DNA of 64,000 bases from Macrostomum lignano (lineage: Eukaryota). The stretch covers positions 1 to 64,000 of the forward strand of contig NIVC01002743.1 of NCBI GenBank assembly GCA_002269645.1, read 5' to 3'. Every line of letters starts with the position of its first letter. Positions within the stretch are counted from its first letter, which is position 1. Shown piece by piece: positions 12,140-24,735 of the stretch. The position numbers and the translations under genes were made by a program. The notes beneath the pieces were generated by a model. It made no database searches and was not told the DNA's origin. It was given only the letters and a program-made list of their open reading frames with translations.

Positions 12140-13630
12140 TCGACAATCGGACACATTTATTCGGACAATCGGACACATTCATTTATGACAATATCGGACA
12201 CATTTATTCGGACAATCGGACACATTCATTTATGACAATATCAGACACATTTGTTCAGATAATCGGACACATTTATTCGGACAATCGGACAATTTTATTC
12301 GGACAATCGGACACATTTATTCGGACAATCATGGACACATTTATTTATGACAATCGGACACATTTATTCGGACAATCGGACACATTTATTTATGACAATT
12401 GGACACATTCATTCGGACAATCGGACACATTTATTCGGACAATCATGGACACATTTATTTATGAAATTCGGACACATTCATTCGGACAATCGGACACATT
12501 TATTTATGACAATCGGACACATTTACTTATGACAATATCGGACACATTTATTTATGACAATCGGACACATTTATTCGGACAATCAGACACATTTATTCGG
12601 ACAATCGGACACATTTATTCGGACAATCGGACACATTCATTCAGATAATCGGACACATTTATTCGGACAATCGGACACATTTGTTCAGACAATCGGACAC
12701 ATTTATTTATGACAATATCGGACACATTTATTCAGACAATCGGACACATTTATTCGGACAATCATGGACACATTTATTCATGACAATCGGACACATTCAT
12801 TCGGACAATCGGACACATTTATTTATGACAATTGGACACATTCATTCGGACAATCGGACACATTTATTCGGACAATCATGGACACATTTATTTATGAAAT
12901 TCGGACACATTTATTCGGACAATCGGACACATTTATTTATGACAATCGGACACATTTACTTATGACAATATCGGACACATTTATTTATGACAATCGGACA
13001 CATTTATTCGGACAATCAGACACATTTATTCGGACAATCGGACACATTTATTCGGACAATCGGACACATTCATTCAGATAATCGGACACATTTATTCGGA
13101 CAATCGGACACATTTATTTATGACAATATCGGACACATTTATTCAGACAATCGGACACATTTATTCGGACAATCAGACACATTTATTCGGACAATCGGAC
13201 ACATTTATTCGGACAATCGGACACATTCATTCAGATAATCGGACACATTTATTCGGACAATCGGACACATTTGTTCAGACAATCGGACACATTTATTTAT
13301 GACAATATCGGACACATTTATTCAGACAATCGGACACATTTATTCGGACAATCATGGACACATTTATTCATGACAATCGGACACATTCATTCGGACAATC
13401 GGACACATTTATTCAGATAATCGGACACATTTATTCGGACAATCATGGACACATTTATTCAGATAATCGGACACATTTATTCAGATAATCGGACACATTT
13501 ATTCGGACAATCATGGACACATTTATTCAGATAATCGGACACATTTATTCGGACAATCCTGGACACATTTATTTATGACAATCGGACACATTAATTCGGA
13601 CAATCGGACACTTTTATTCGGACAATCGGA
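12140..13630. repeat. ~22-bp minisatellite (GGACACATTTATTCGGACAATC)n with higher-order variants
   Basis: Direct inspection. Confidence 0.97.
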
Positions 13631-13919
13631 CACTCGACGACAATGAATTGCTTCTTGGTCATGTTGAAGTTGGAATTGCAATTGCATGTAGCTACTGCTT
13701 GCTATAAGTACATGTAGTTCCATTGTTTACTGAAATTTTCGGTCAGTAACTGCTAACACCTGCAAGCCATTAATATACATACAGCTGCCATTGCTCAACG
13801 TGCATTGAGTATGGCGCCAACTCGACTTTAATTGATATGATTTATATAACCAGCTGTGGCTGATTTCTACTTAATTTTCGGAATTTTTTACATTTAAAAT
13901 ACATATTGAGATAGATAAA

Positions 13920-14220
13920 CAGGTTGGAACTACATATAGGTAAATAGATAAACTAGTTAGGCAGATAAAATAGGTAGAAAGGGGTAAGTATGCATTTCAG
14001 GTAGATAAATAGGTAGAAAGGGCAGGTAGATAAGTAAGTATATAGGTGGGTAGATAAAATAGGTAGATAGGTAAATAAGGTAGATATACAGGTAGAGAAA
14101 GTGGTGGATATGTAGGTAGATATGATAGACAGACAGACCAAGTGGATTAGGTAAGTAGACAGACAGATAAGTAGATTAGGTAGACAAAAAGGGTAGATAC
14201 GGAAATAGATTAGGTAGACA
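13920..14220. repeat. Degenerate TAGA/TAGG low-complexity tract
   Basis: Direct inspection. Confidence 0.75.
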
Positions 14221-14867
14221 AAAGCCAGGGGTTTGGGGGGCGGCGAGTCCCCCAGCCCCCACATTTGACCTCCCCTACACAACAACAAGTTCGATGGTAG
14301 GCGGATATGTGGGTTGGGCCTGTATCTAAATATAGCTTCTTAGTTAGTTCTTAACATGCCTAGGCAACCGAAATAGCCCAGCCCAGACAAATGTAATGGA
14401 GCCTGAGATACTGTAATTAACTAATAGGCAGTCAAACAAATACGAGAGAACTGCATTGATTTATTACGATGATTACACGGCACTTAATTTAGCATTTATT
14501 TACTCGCACAAACAACGTTGCATTTTGGCTGTTTTGCTGCATTGAACTAAAAATAGCGCACAGTGAATGCAATATAGAGATCATAATGTCACAGCTACCA
14601 TGTAAATAGAGATTAGCAGTACAGCAAATAAAAGAACGCGGAAAAAATGAAAAACTCCGAGTCACCAAAAATCCAAAAATTTGTATAGAAATAAAACAAG
14701 CAAAGAAATAAATTAATTAAAGGAAGCCCATGCTTTATGCTATGTCAAAAACTATAATGGAATGTGAGTATTTTATAAAACTAATGGAAGACTTGTAAAA
14801 ACTAAAATAAACGAATACGAGATTCACCAAAATGTTTATCGATATGGGGGTCTGGGGCGATTGACTG

Positions 14868-15390
14868 CCGACCTTAACACCAACCGAAACTCCAACCTAA
14901 ACCCAAACCTAAACCCAAACCCAAACCTAGACCCTAACCTAAACCCAAATCTAAACCCTAACATAAACCCTAATCTAAACCCGAACCCAAACCTAGACCC
15001 TAACCTAAACCCAAATCTAAACCCAAACCTAAACCCAAACCTAAACCCAAACCCAGACCCTAACCTAAACCCTAACCTGAACCCTAACCTAAACCCAAAT
15101 CTAAACCCAAACCCAAACCTAGACCCTAACCTAAACCCAAATCTAAACCCAAACCCAAACCTAGACCCAAACCTAAACCCAAATCTAAACCCAAACCTAA
15201 ACCCAAACCTAAACCCTAACCTAAACCCAAATCTAAACCCAAATCTAAACCCAAACCCAACCCTAACCTAAACCCTAAAATAAACTTAAATCTAAACCCA
15301 AACCTAAACTCAAACCTAAACTCAAATCTAAAACCAAAACCCAAACCTAAACTCAAACCTAAACCCTAAACCCTAACCTAAACCCAAACC
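14868..15390. repeat. Hexamer/12-bp repeat (CTAAACCCAAAC/CCCTAA variants), telomere-like
   Basis: Direct inspection. Confidence 0.9.
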
Positions 15391-15603
15391 TGTGTTTTTA
15401 AGCATCAGAATGCTAAACTGGAAACCAGAATGCCAAGCTGTCATCAGTCTAAAAGATTAAAAATAAAAAACCTGAACCCCTTATTCTATCTTAGAAAAGA
15501 TCGGCAGTTAAGATCACGGCAAAAATCGCTACCACGATTATGAATTCAAATTAGTCACCAGAAACGATAGTTTCTAATAAGACACTCGATAACCAGAGTC
15601 AAA

Positions 15604-15846
15604 TCAGGCCACCACTTTGAGCTCTCGGCCAACTCGGACAAACTCGCCAACAACTCGATCGATCTGTTCGGCCGAGTGGCCGGCGCTGAGCTGCACCCGG
15701 ATGCGGGCCTTGCCGCGTGGCACCACCGGGTAGCTGAAGGCCACCACAAACATCCCGGCTAACTGCATCCGCTCAGCGAAGTCCTTCGCCAGCCGCTCCT
15801 GCCACAGCATCACCGGGCAGATCGGGCAGTCCGGGTCGCCCGCCAC
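15604..15846 (-). CDS. GCAT: GCAT exon 5 (…FSYPVVPRGKARIRVQLSAGH…KVVA*)
   Basis: Motif FSYPVVPxGKARIRVQ, stop at 15604. The spliced protein totals 419 aa. Confidence 0.95.
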   Translation of the reverse strand: MAGDPDCPICPVMLWQERLAKDFAERMQLAGMFVVAFSYPVVPRGKARIRVQLSAGHSAEQIDRVVGEFVRVGRELKVVA

Positions 15847-15864
15847 CTGCCAGTGCATATAGGA

Positions 15865-16510
15865 TGAGTGCTGTCTACCTCTCCCCAAGTGTGCTGTCTA
15901 CCTCTCCCCAAGTGTGCTGTCGACCTCTCCCTAAGTGTGCTGTCTACCTCTCCCAGTGTGCTGTCTACCTCTCTCTCCAGTATTCTGTCTCTCTCCTCAG
16001 TATACTGTCTACCTCTCTCTCCAGTATGGCGTATGTTGTCTACCTCTCTACCCAGTATACTGTCTACCTCTCTCCCCAATGTGCTGTCTATCTCTCTCTC
16101 CAGTATGCTGTCTACCTCTCTCCCCGTGTACTGTCTACCTCTCTCCCCAATGTGCTGTCTACCTCTCTCCCCAGTGTGCTGTCTACCTCTCCCAGTGTGC
16201 TGTCTACCTCTCTCTCCAGTATACTCTCTCTCCTCAGTATACTGTCTACCTCTCTCTCCAGTATGGCGTATGCTGTCTACCTCTCTACCCAGTATACTGT
16301 CTACCTCTCTCCCCAATGTGCTGTCTATCTCTCTCTCCAGTATGCTGTCTACCTCTCTCCCCGTGTACTGTCTACCTCTCTCCCCGTGTACTGTCTACCT
16401 CTCTCTCCATGTGCTGTCTACCCCTCCATTTTTATTGACTGCCTCTCTCGCCTGCTGTCTACCTCTCCGCCTTCTTCTAGCTACCTCTCATCCCACTCCT
16501 GTCTACCATC
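15865..16510. repeat. ~22-bp minisatellite (GTGCTGTCTACCTCTCTCCCCA)n in GCAT intron 4
   Basis: Direct inspection. Confidence 0.95.
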
Positions 16511-16528
16511 CACCCAGCCGCAGCAAAC

Positions 16529-16792
16529 CTGAAAGCCGGCCTCTTGCATGGCGCCGCGAAATCTCCTGGTGTTGTCCCGCAACCTCTGCGGCCAATCGGT
16601 CTCACCGCTCGCCAGCAAGTCGAACACCCGGATAGCCGCGCCGACCACCGCAGGCGGCAGCGTATTGCTGAACAGGTAGGGCCGCGAGCGCTGGCGGAGC
16701 AGGCTGACCACGGACGTCGGGCCGCAGGTGTAGCCACCGGCTGCTCCGCCAAGGGCCTTGCCTAGGGTGCTGTTCACAATGTCTATGGAGCC
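16529..16792 (-). CDS. GCAT: GCAT exon 4 (NSTLGKALGGA PLP-lysine motif, RQRSRPYLFSN)
   Basis: TLGKALGG and RSRPYLFSN motifs, 264 nt, phase 0. Confidence 0.95.
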
Positions 16793-16819
16793 CTGCGGGT
16801 GGGCGGGATCAGAGCGCTG

Positions 16820-17230
16820 GGATCTAGATATAGGGATTTAGATATTAAAGGATCTAGCAAGGATCTACTCATTGGGATTTAGATATTTGAGGATTAGGAA
16901 AGATCTACTGATTGGGATTTAGACATTTAGAGGATTAGGAAAGATCTACTGATTGGGATTTAGACATTTAGAGGATTAGGAAAGATCTACTGATTGGGAT
17001 TTACCTGGTAGATATTAGAAGGATTAGGAAGGATCTACTGATTGGGATTTAGATATTTAGGGGATTAGGAAAGATCTAATCATTGAGATTTAGATACTAA
17101 GGATTAGGATTAGTATTAGAGGATTAGGAAGGATCTGGTCATTGAGATTTAGATATTAGAGGATTAGGAAGCGACGGAAGGGATAGAGTTATTAGGATTA
17201 AAAGGGATCTATTTATTGGGATTTAAGGAT
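16820..17230. repeat. 40-bp minisatellite (GATCTACTGATTGGGATTTAGACATTTAGAGGATTAGGAAA-like) in GCAT intron 3
   Basis: Period 40 (16862 to 16902). Confidence 0.9.
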
Positions 17231-17290
17231 TGGGATCTCAAAAAAAAGTTCGAATTTCGAAATCCCGAGGCCTCAGGCCACTCGGCTCAC

Positions 17291-17725
17291 CTGCTCGAGG
17301 CCGCAGTGCTCCTCAGTGCCGCGGCCCCGCGCCCCCAGGAAGCCAGTCGAGTGGCACTCGTCAACAAAGGTGATGGCGTTGAACTCTTTAGCCAGGGCGG
17401 CAATCTCGGCCAGTTTGGCAACGTCGCCGTCCATGCTGAACACGCCGTCGGTGGCTACGAGGCGCGTTGTGCAGTCGCGCGACTCCTCGAGCAGGCGGCG
17501 CAGGTGGCCCATGTCGCTGTGCGCGTAGCGCAGCCTTCGCGCTTTGCACAACCGAATGCCGTCAATGATGGAGGCGTGATTCAGCTCGTCGCTAATGACG
17601 GCATCTGCGTCGTTTAGCAGCACCTCGAAGATGCCGGCGTTTGCGTCGAAGCAGCTGGGGTACAGGATGGCGTCTTCGCGGTCGTGGAATGCCGCGATCT
17701 TCGCCTCCAGCTGCTTGTGTAGGTC
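17291..17725 (-). CDS. GCAT: GCAT exon 3 (DLHKQLEAKIA...SCFDANAG...SDELNHASIIDGIRLCKA...DGVFSMDG...DECH...GRGT)
   Basis: Class-II aminotransferase/AOS motifs, 435 nt, phase 0, ggcag| and |gtgag. Confidence 0.95.
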
Positions 17726-17744
17726 CTGCCGGAGGGGGGAGTGT

Positions 17745-18715
17745 GACTGGAGTCTGACTGGAGTCTGATTAGAGTCTGGCTGTAGTCTGACTGGAGTCTG
17801 GCTGTAGTCTGACTGGAGTCTAGCTGGAGTCTGACTGGAGTCTGGCTGGAGTCTGATTAGAGTCTGGCTGTAGTCTGACTGGAGTCTGGCTGGAGTCTGA
17901 TTAGAGTCTGGCTGTAGTCTGACTGGAGTCTGGCTGTAGTCTGACTGGAGTCTAGCTGGAGTCTGACTGGAGTCTGGCTGGAGTCTGATTAGAGTCTGGC
18001 TGTAGTCTGACTGGAGTCTGGCTGGAGTCTGACTGGAGTCTGGCTGTAGTCTGACTGGAGTCTGGCTGGAGTCTGACTGGAGTCTGGCTGGAGTCTGACT
18101 GGAGTCTGGCTGGAGTCTGACTGGAGTCTGGCTGGAGTCTAACTGGGAGGCTGACTGGAGTCTGACTGAAGTCTGACTGGAGTCTGATTGGAGTCTGACT
18201 AGGAGTCTGGCTTGAGTTTAACTGGAGTCTGACTGGAGTCTGGCTGGAGTCTGACTGGAGTCTGGCTGGAGTCTGACTGGAGTCTGGCTGGAGTCTAACT
18301 GGGAGGCTGACTGGAGTCTGACTGAAGTCTGACTGGAGTCTGATTGGAGTCTGACTAGGAGTCTGGCTTGAGTTAAACTGGAGTCTGACTGGAGTCTGAC
18401 TGAAGTCTGACTGGAGTCTGACTGGAGTCTGACTGGAGTCTGACTGGAGTCTGACTGGAGTCTGACTGGAGTCTGACTGGAGTCTGACTGGAGTCTGACT
18501 GGAGTCTGACTGGAGTCTGACTGGAGTCTGACTGGAGTCTGACTGGAGTCTGACTGGAGTCTGACTGGAGTCTGACTAGGAGTCTGACTGGAGTCTGACT
18601 GGAGTCTAACTGGGAGGCTGACTGGAGTCTGGCTGGAGTCTGACTGAAGTCTGACTGGAGTCTGACTGGAGTCTGACTGGAGTCTGGCTAGAGTCTGGCT
18701 AGAGTCTGACTTAGT
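17745..18715. repeat. 11-bp minisatellite (GACTGGAGTCT)n in GCAT intron 2
   Basis: Direct inspection. Confidence 0.97.
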
Positions 18716-18801
18716 CTATGCTAAGGATGGTGGCACGCAAGGCAACTGAGGCAGCACTCAATAAGCTGAAAAATGTGGCAAAACCTATTCAAACAGCTTA
18801 C

Positions 18802-18891
18802 CGAGGTTCCACAAATGAATCTCACAGAGCTGTAACCATTTCCGTGGGTTTTGATTGCTTCAATAGCTGCTTCAACAACTAGTGGATGGCT
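18802..18891 (-). CDS. GCAT: GCAT exon 2 (SHPLVVEAAIEAIKTHGNGYSSVRFICGTS)
   Basis: ttttag| and |gtaagc, 90 nt, phase 0. Motif SVRFICGT. Confidence 0.93.
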
Positions 18892-18973
18892 CTAAAAGAG
18901 GTCAGAATAGATAAAAGGTTATAAATTTTGAATTGAAACATTTAGCTAATCTAAATAAAGTTAAGCAACTCAC

Positions 18974-19201
18974 AGACAAGCCTAGGTAGTTGTTTGCACA
19001 GAAGTTCAGCATCTCTTTAGACTGTCCATCAACTTTAATTGATGGGGCTTGTTTACCAAGAATCATGAGCTCATTTTTCCATGTGCCAGCATCTTTTACT
19101 TCAGACAATTTAGCATCAACAAAGGCCCATTTTGATACTAGCCTTGGACAAAAATTATTCTTGGCTAGTACATATGCAGATTGTTTTAGAGTAGACAACA
19201 T
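18974..19201 (-). CDS. GCAT: Glycine C-acetyltransferase (2-amino-3-ketobutyrate CoA ligase) exon 1, with probable mitochondrial presequence
   Basis: MLSTLK...GTWKNE...LNFCANNYLGLS (NFCANNYLGLS is the KBL/GCAT motif). Donor GTGAG. Confidence 0.93.
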
Positions 19202-19921
19202 TTTTACAAAATGCTTATAAATCTTTTTTGCTGTGGATTTTTAAAGCTCATGAATGAAATATAGAATTATTACATGTAATATTATAAGTTATATTAACTT
19301 ATAATAAAGCAATATTATGCATTGAGAATTTTTTGGAACTTAGTAAAAACAAAAATAATATAATTTCAGTATTTTGTATAATATAAATTAAATGCATTAT
19401 AACTAGGCCTATTAAATTTAAACTTAAACAATAAAAATTGGGCAACATGTTATCTCTTTTATAATTGAAGCTGCAAAATATGCACAATTTGCAACTAAAA
19501 TGACGAAAATATGATATTTTAACAAGCAAATAAGTGTAGCTAAATGATAAATATTTGATTCTAACAAAAAGCCTTTTAAGGTGCTACAAATGCGAAAGTT
19601 TTAGAAGGTACATTATACTGGTATTATATTAATCTACATTTTGTTATTAATATCATAGTACAACAATTTGCCAAGTACTGAAAATAAAAGTATAAACTTA
19701 ACTTAAGCTAGACTAGAGCCTTTGGTCAATTGGGTAGCAAAAATTTTAAGTCTTGTTTGCTAGGTGCAATCATTCTTGACAATTGGTCTATGGAGCACAA
19801 TAAGTTTCCAAATGACATATCATGTAAGGTTTTTCAAAGTATTTTTCCTACACCCTGTTCCTTGTTATTTGTCAAGTGTTCATGATAACCCACACTACAA
19901 ACTTTCGGCGGCACAAAGCAT

Positions 19922-20061
19922 CAGGCGCGGATCCAGAAAATTCTTGAGGAGGGGCCAAGCTATACCGAGCACTACAACCCAATATTGGAAAATAAACCTG
20001 GCATAGTCGCAGGCCAAAAAAGTATGACCAAATTTTTTTGGCCCCTCTGGATCCGCCCCTG
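19922..20061. mobile_element. 140-bp MITE-like element with terminal inverted repeats CAGG(C/G)GCGGATCCAGA
   Basis: caggcgcggatccaga at 19922 and tctggatccgcccctg ending at 20061. It is GC-rich within AT-rich DNA; no clear target-site duplication. Confidence 0.6.
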
Positions 20062-20760
20062 CAACGCATATGAAGAGAGTTGAGATAGAGATTTCAGTAG
20101 CTGTTGGTAGCTATAAATAAATAAATAAATAAATAACGCTGTTCTTGATGTGATTTTCGTGTCAACTGAAAAGTTGAATAGTTGCCGCACAGTGAATCCA
20201 CCGTGAAACTTATTTAATTGTTAAATATTTACCTAAAAAGAAAGAACATCATTCATTACAAAATAAATTTGCTAATCGCAATAAGACAGCACCTGGAGTG
20301 CAAAATATTTGTACTAAACTCAGCTGTCTTTGTTAAAGCGAATAATGGGATTAAAATGCGGTAAGGGAATTTTGCAATATCGTGGACATGAAAGTATAGG
20401 ACACCATATTCTTTTGATAAAAATCGTTGTCCTCTTTAAATTGTACATTTCAGCAGCAGAATCGTAGCCGTGACCTTTATGATCTTCTCTTCCGCAAAAC
20501 TGCGGCCTTATTTGCATAGAGTTAGTTGATAATACGACCGTTCCGTTACTTTTATAATAGTCAAATTATCTCTATGGTCAAGCGTGTACGTGAGCTGCAA
20601 TTATTCGATCTAATGCGGGACTTTAAAATTTTTTATGCGATATCTAATAAGCTTCAATCGGTGCTTCTATTTAATTTTTTTGTAGGAATGAAGCAGTTGC
20701 TACAGAACTGAAGCCAAGGAACGAGGAAAATATTAATTTAACAGCAGGTGCTGTTAGTCC

Positions 20761-20842
20761 ATGGCATCGCTCAACTGGCCTGTGCTGATGGTTCTCCTAA
20801 TGCTTTTGAATTTCTTCTGCTTTGAATCTGGTGAAGCGTGCA
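20761..20842 (+). CDS. WSC-domain secreted protein exon 1 (signal peptide MASLNWPVLMVLLMLLNFFCFESGEAC)
   Basis: ATG, hydrophobic core and A|gtgagt donor (phase 1). Confidence 0.72.
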
Positions 20843-20989
20843 GTGAGTAAAAATGTGAACTTAGTTAATTAAAAAACTCTTTTGTCATTTAACAGTACAT
20901 TTCTGTGTCAGGTGAGACAAAGAATTGAACGGAGTAATAGGATCCCCGACTGAAGGAGGGTCAGAGTCTTCTAAAGAAGTGTCAAGGGT

Positions 20990-22090
20990 CTCTGGGGGAG
21001 TGCCGGGGTCTCTGAAGGAGTGCCAGGGTCTCTGAAGGAGTGCCAGGATCTCTGAAGGAATGTCGGGTCTCTGAAGGAGTGCCGGTGTCTCTGAAGGAGT
21101 GCCGGTGTCTCTGCACGAAGGAGTGCCGGTGTCTCTGAAGGAGTGCCGGTGTCTCTGCACGAAGGAGTGCCGGTGTCTCTGAAGGAGTGCCGGTGTCTCT
21201 GCACGAAGGAGTGCCGGTGTCTCTGAAGGAGTGTCGGTGTCTCTGAAGGAGTGCCGGTGTCTCTGCACGAAGGAGTGCCGGTGTCTCTGAAGGAGTGTCG
21301 GGTCTCTGAAGGAGTGCCGAGGTCTCTGAAGGAGTGTCGGGTCTCTGAAGGAGTGCCGGGGTCTCTGAAGGAGTGCCGGGATCTCTGAAGGAGTGTCGGT
21401 GTCTCTGAAGGAGTGCCGGGTCTCTGAAGGAGTGCCGGGGTCTCTGAAGGAGTGTCGGGTCTCTGAAGGAGTGCCGGGGTCTCTGAAGGAGTGCCGGGAT
21501 CTCTGAAGGAGTGTCGGTGTCTCTGAAGGAGTGCCGGGGTCTCTGAAGGAGTGCCGGGGTCTCTGAAGGAGTGTCGGGTCTCTGAAGGAGTGCCGGGGTC
21601 TCTGAAGGAGTGCCGGGATCTCTGAAGGAGTGTCGGTGTCTCTGAAGGAGTGCCGGGGTCTCTGAAGGAGTGCCGGGGTCTCTGAAGGAGTGCCGGGATC
21701 TCTGAAGGAGTGTCGGTGTCTCTGAAGGAGTGTCGGTGTCTCTGAAGGAGTGTCGGTGTCTCTGAAGGAGTGCCGGGGTCTCTGAAGGAGTGCCGGTGTC
21801 TCTGAAGGAGTGCCGGTGTCTCTGAAGGAGTGCCGGTGTCTCTGCACGAAGGAGTGCCGGTGTCTCTGAAGGAGTGTCGGGTCTCTGAAGGAGTGCCGGG
21901 GTCTCTGAAGGAGTGCCGGGATCTCTGAAGGAGTGTCGGTGTCTCTGAAGGAGTGCCGGCGTCTCTGAAGGACAGCTGGGGCCTCTGAAGGAGTGCCGGG
22001 GTCTCTGAAGGAGTGCCGGGGTCTCTGAAGGAGTGCTGGGGTCTCTGAAGGAGTGCTGGGGTCTCTGAAGGAGTGCTAGGATCTCTGAGA
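20990..22090. repeat. ~20-bp minisatellite (TCTCTGAAGGAGTGCCGGTG)n in the WSC gene intron
   Basis: Direct inspection. Confidence 0.97.
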
Positions 22091-22298
22091 ATCTGCAGGG
22101 CTTTTAAAAGAGCGACGGGTCACTGAAGTACAATAATTCAGGTCTTGTAAAATGAGATCCGCGAAGTTTCAAAAATATTTAAAGCTTACCGGTACCACAA
22201 GCCGAATTCCTTTTGTCCAAAGAATATTTCAAATTTAAAGAAAACTACAATTGGCATCTCAGGCTGTAACTAGTATATTCCCAATTCGTAAAACGCAG

Positions 22299-22648
22299 AG
22301 TTTATCAAACGTATTTTTCAAAGCAAGAAGCACAAGTCGGAATACAAGGGCTGCTACGTTGACAAAGCAGAAAAGCACGATTTGAAGTACCACGCCCACT
22401 CGTCCAATGAAATGACGTTAAAAATGTGCAACGATCTGTGCAAGGAAGTTGGAGCAAAATTCTACGGGGCTCAGGGCGGCACCGAGTGCTTCTGCGACGA
22501 CACGTTTGGCTCCTACGGCAAACAGGTTGACGACTATTGCGACAGAGCCTGTATGGGCTTCCTGAGTGACAGCAAAATCACATCTGCTCTGACCAAGTCC
22601 GAGTTCTGCGGCGGAGATAAAATGAACTCTGTGTACGAGGTGAAGTGA
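22299..22648 (+). CDS. WSC-domain secreted protein exon 2 (KFIKRIFQSKKHKSE-YKGCYVD...MTLKMCNDLC...GAQGGTECFC...CGGDKMNSVYEVK*)
   Basis: Classic WSC pattern (YxGCY, CxxxC, ECxC, CxG, CGG, SVY). The acceptor aacgcag| gives the required phase 1; the exact 5' boundary is less certain. Confidence 0.82.
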
Positions 22649-22704
22649 CTGCTGTGAAAACAAAACCATTTCGTACAGTTGCTATCATAGGGTGCCCGTT
22701 TAGT

Positions 22705-23660
22705 TATCTCTTGACACCAGATTAGACACCAGATTAGACACCTCTTTGACACCAGATTAGACACCTCTTAGACACCAGATTAGACACTCCTTTGACACCA
22801 GATTAGACACCTCTTTGACCCCAGATTAAACACCTCCTTGACACCAGATTAGACACCTCTTTGGCACCAGATTAAACACCTCTTAAACACCAGATTAGAC
22901 ACCTCTTCGACACCAGATTAAACACCTCTTAGACATCAGATTAGACACCCCTTTGACACCAGATTAGACACCCCTTTGACACCAGATTAGACACTCCTTT
23001 GACACCAGATTAGACACTCCTTTGACACCAGATTAGACACCCCTTTGACACCAGATTAGACACTCCTTTGACACCAGATTAGACACTCCTTTGACACCAG
23101 ATTAGACACCCTTTGACACCAGATTAGACACTCCTTTGACACCAGATTAGACACTCCTTTGACACCAGATTAGACACCCCTTTGACACCAGATTAGACAC
23201 TCCTTTGACACCAGATTAAACACCTCCTTGACACCAGATTAGACACCTCTTAGACACCAGATTAGACACCCCTTTGACACCAGATAAGACACACCTTTGA
23301 CACCAGATTAGACACCCCTTTGACACCAGATTAGACACTCCTTTGACACCAGATTAGACACCTCTTTGACACCAGATTAGACACCTCTTTGACACCAGAT
23401 TAAACACCTCTTTGACACCAGATTAGACACCTCTTTGACACCAGATTAAACACCTTTTAAACACCAGATTAAACACCTCTTAAACACCAGATTAGACACC
23501 TCTTTGACACCAGATTAAACACCTCTTAGACATCAGATTAGACACCCCTTTGACACCAGATTAGACACCTCTTTGACACCATATTAGACACTCCTTTGAC
23601 ACCAGATTAGGCACCTCTTAGACACCATATTAGACATTCCTTTGACACCAGATAAGACAA
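22705..23660. repeat. 23-bp minisatellite (GACACCAGATTAGACACCTCTTT)n
   Basis: Direct inspection. Confidence 0.97.
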
Positions 23661-24641
23661 TTTGATATCTAAGGTATTGAATTGCGGTTGTATCGCTTTG
23701 CAAAGCACAGAGTTAGTGGTCAAAATACAATACGCTCGTACATTTCTAATAAGTACGGGCAAGTTGTGCAGTTAGTTTAATTAAAGTGCTTTATATTACA
23801 ACCCACTATTGCATTCTCTAATGTCGGCCCAGTTGCTTTCATACTGTACAATTCCGTTGGAAAAAAACCGACTTCGAAATGACTTAACAAATTGTATTTT
23901 TAGCATGGCAGTTGAAGCATTAGCTCATATAACACATTACTAAATATACATTTGTATTTTATAAGCTTCACGACGAACAAGCAAAACAAGCAAACATATA
24001 ATAAGTAGTATAATATAATTAGTCAGTGTGGAATATGCACGTGCTGAAGAATATTTTTCCTTTGCTACTCATATCAATATGTTACGATAAGCTTTTATTT
24101 CGGGCAGAAATACGAGCTACAAGCGTGAAGTTTGCTCAACAAGAACTCAATCGCTCTGCTATCAATTAGGCGCCAATCAGTAATTATCAATAAGCGAAAT
24201 TCGAAAACTGTGCATAGAAATTTTCCGCGCGTGCGCAATTAATACTACTCAGTGTAACATGCAAAATCAAGTAGACGATATAGAGTGTAAAGCAAAAAAA
24301 CAATTTTGGGTTTAAATTGAATTCAAAGAGATGAGATTTTTTAATTATTACAATATTAATTACCCTAAATTTCAGCGTTAGAATTTTGGCGAAAAAAGCA
24401 AATATTTTTACACGCATGCCCTGTTTTTACTACTTACAGTAGCAAAACTAGTCTGAATACAATTCAAACCAACTAAGTTGGTCAGAGAAACCAAATTTAA
24501 CGGAATCGAGCGCAAAGTTATATTAATGAAAACAGAGAAATTATCGAACAGTTTGACTAACATTAAAATTGTCTTGGAATCGTCACTTGACTTCTGCTTT
24601 TTTATTTTAAATTAGAAAATGCCCCTAAAATGATTGGCGAT

Positions 24642-24692
24642 TCAGACTAGCCGACTCTCGCTGCACAGCCTCTGCTGGTATGGGTGCTGCTG

Positions 24693-24735
<43 letters not shown>

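Noticed and set aside
15604-19201. GCAT/kbl as a bacterial horizontal transfer or contaminant
   Set aside because: It has four spliceosomal introns, a probable mitochondrial presequence and a typical animal length (419 aa).
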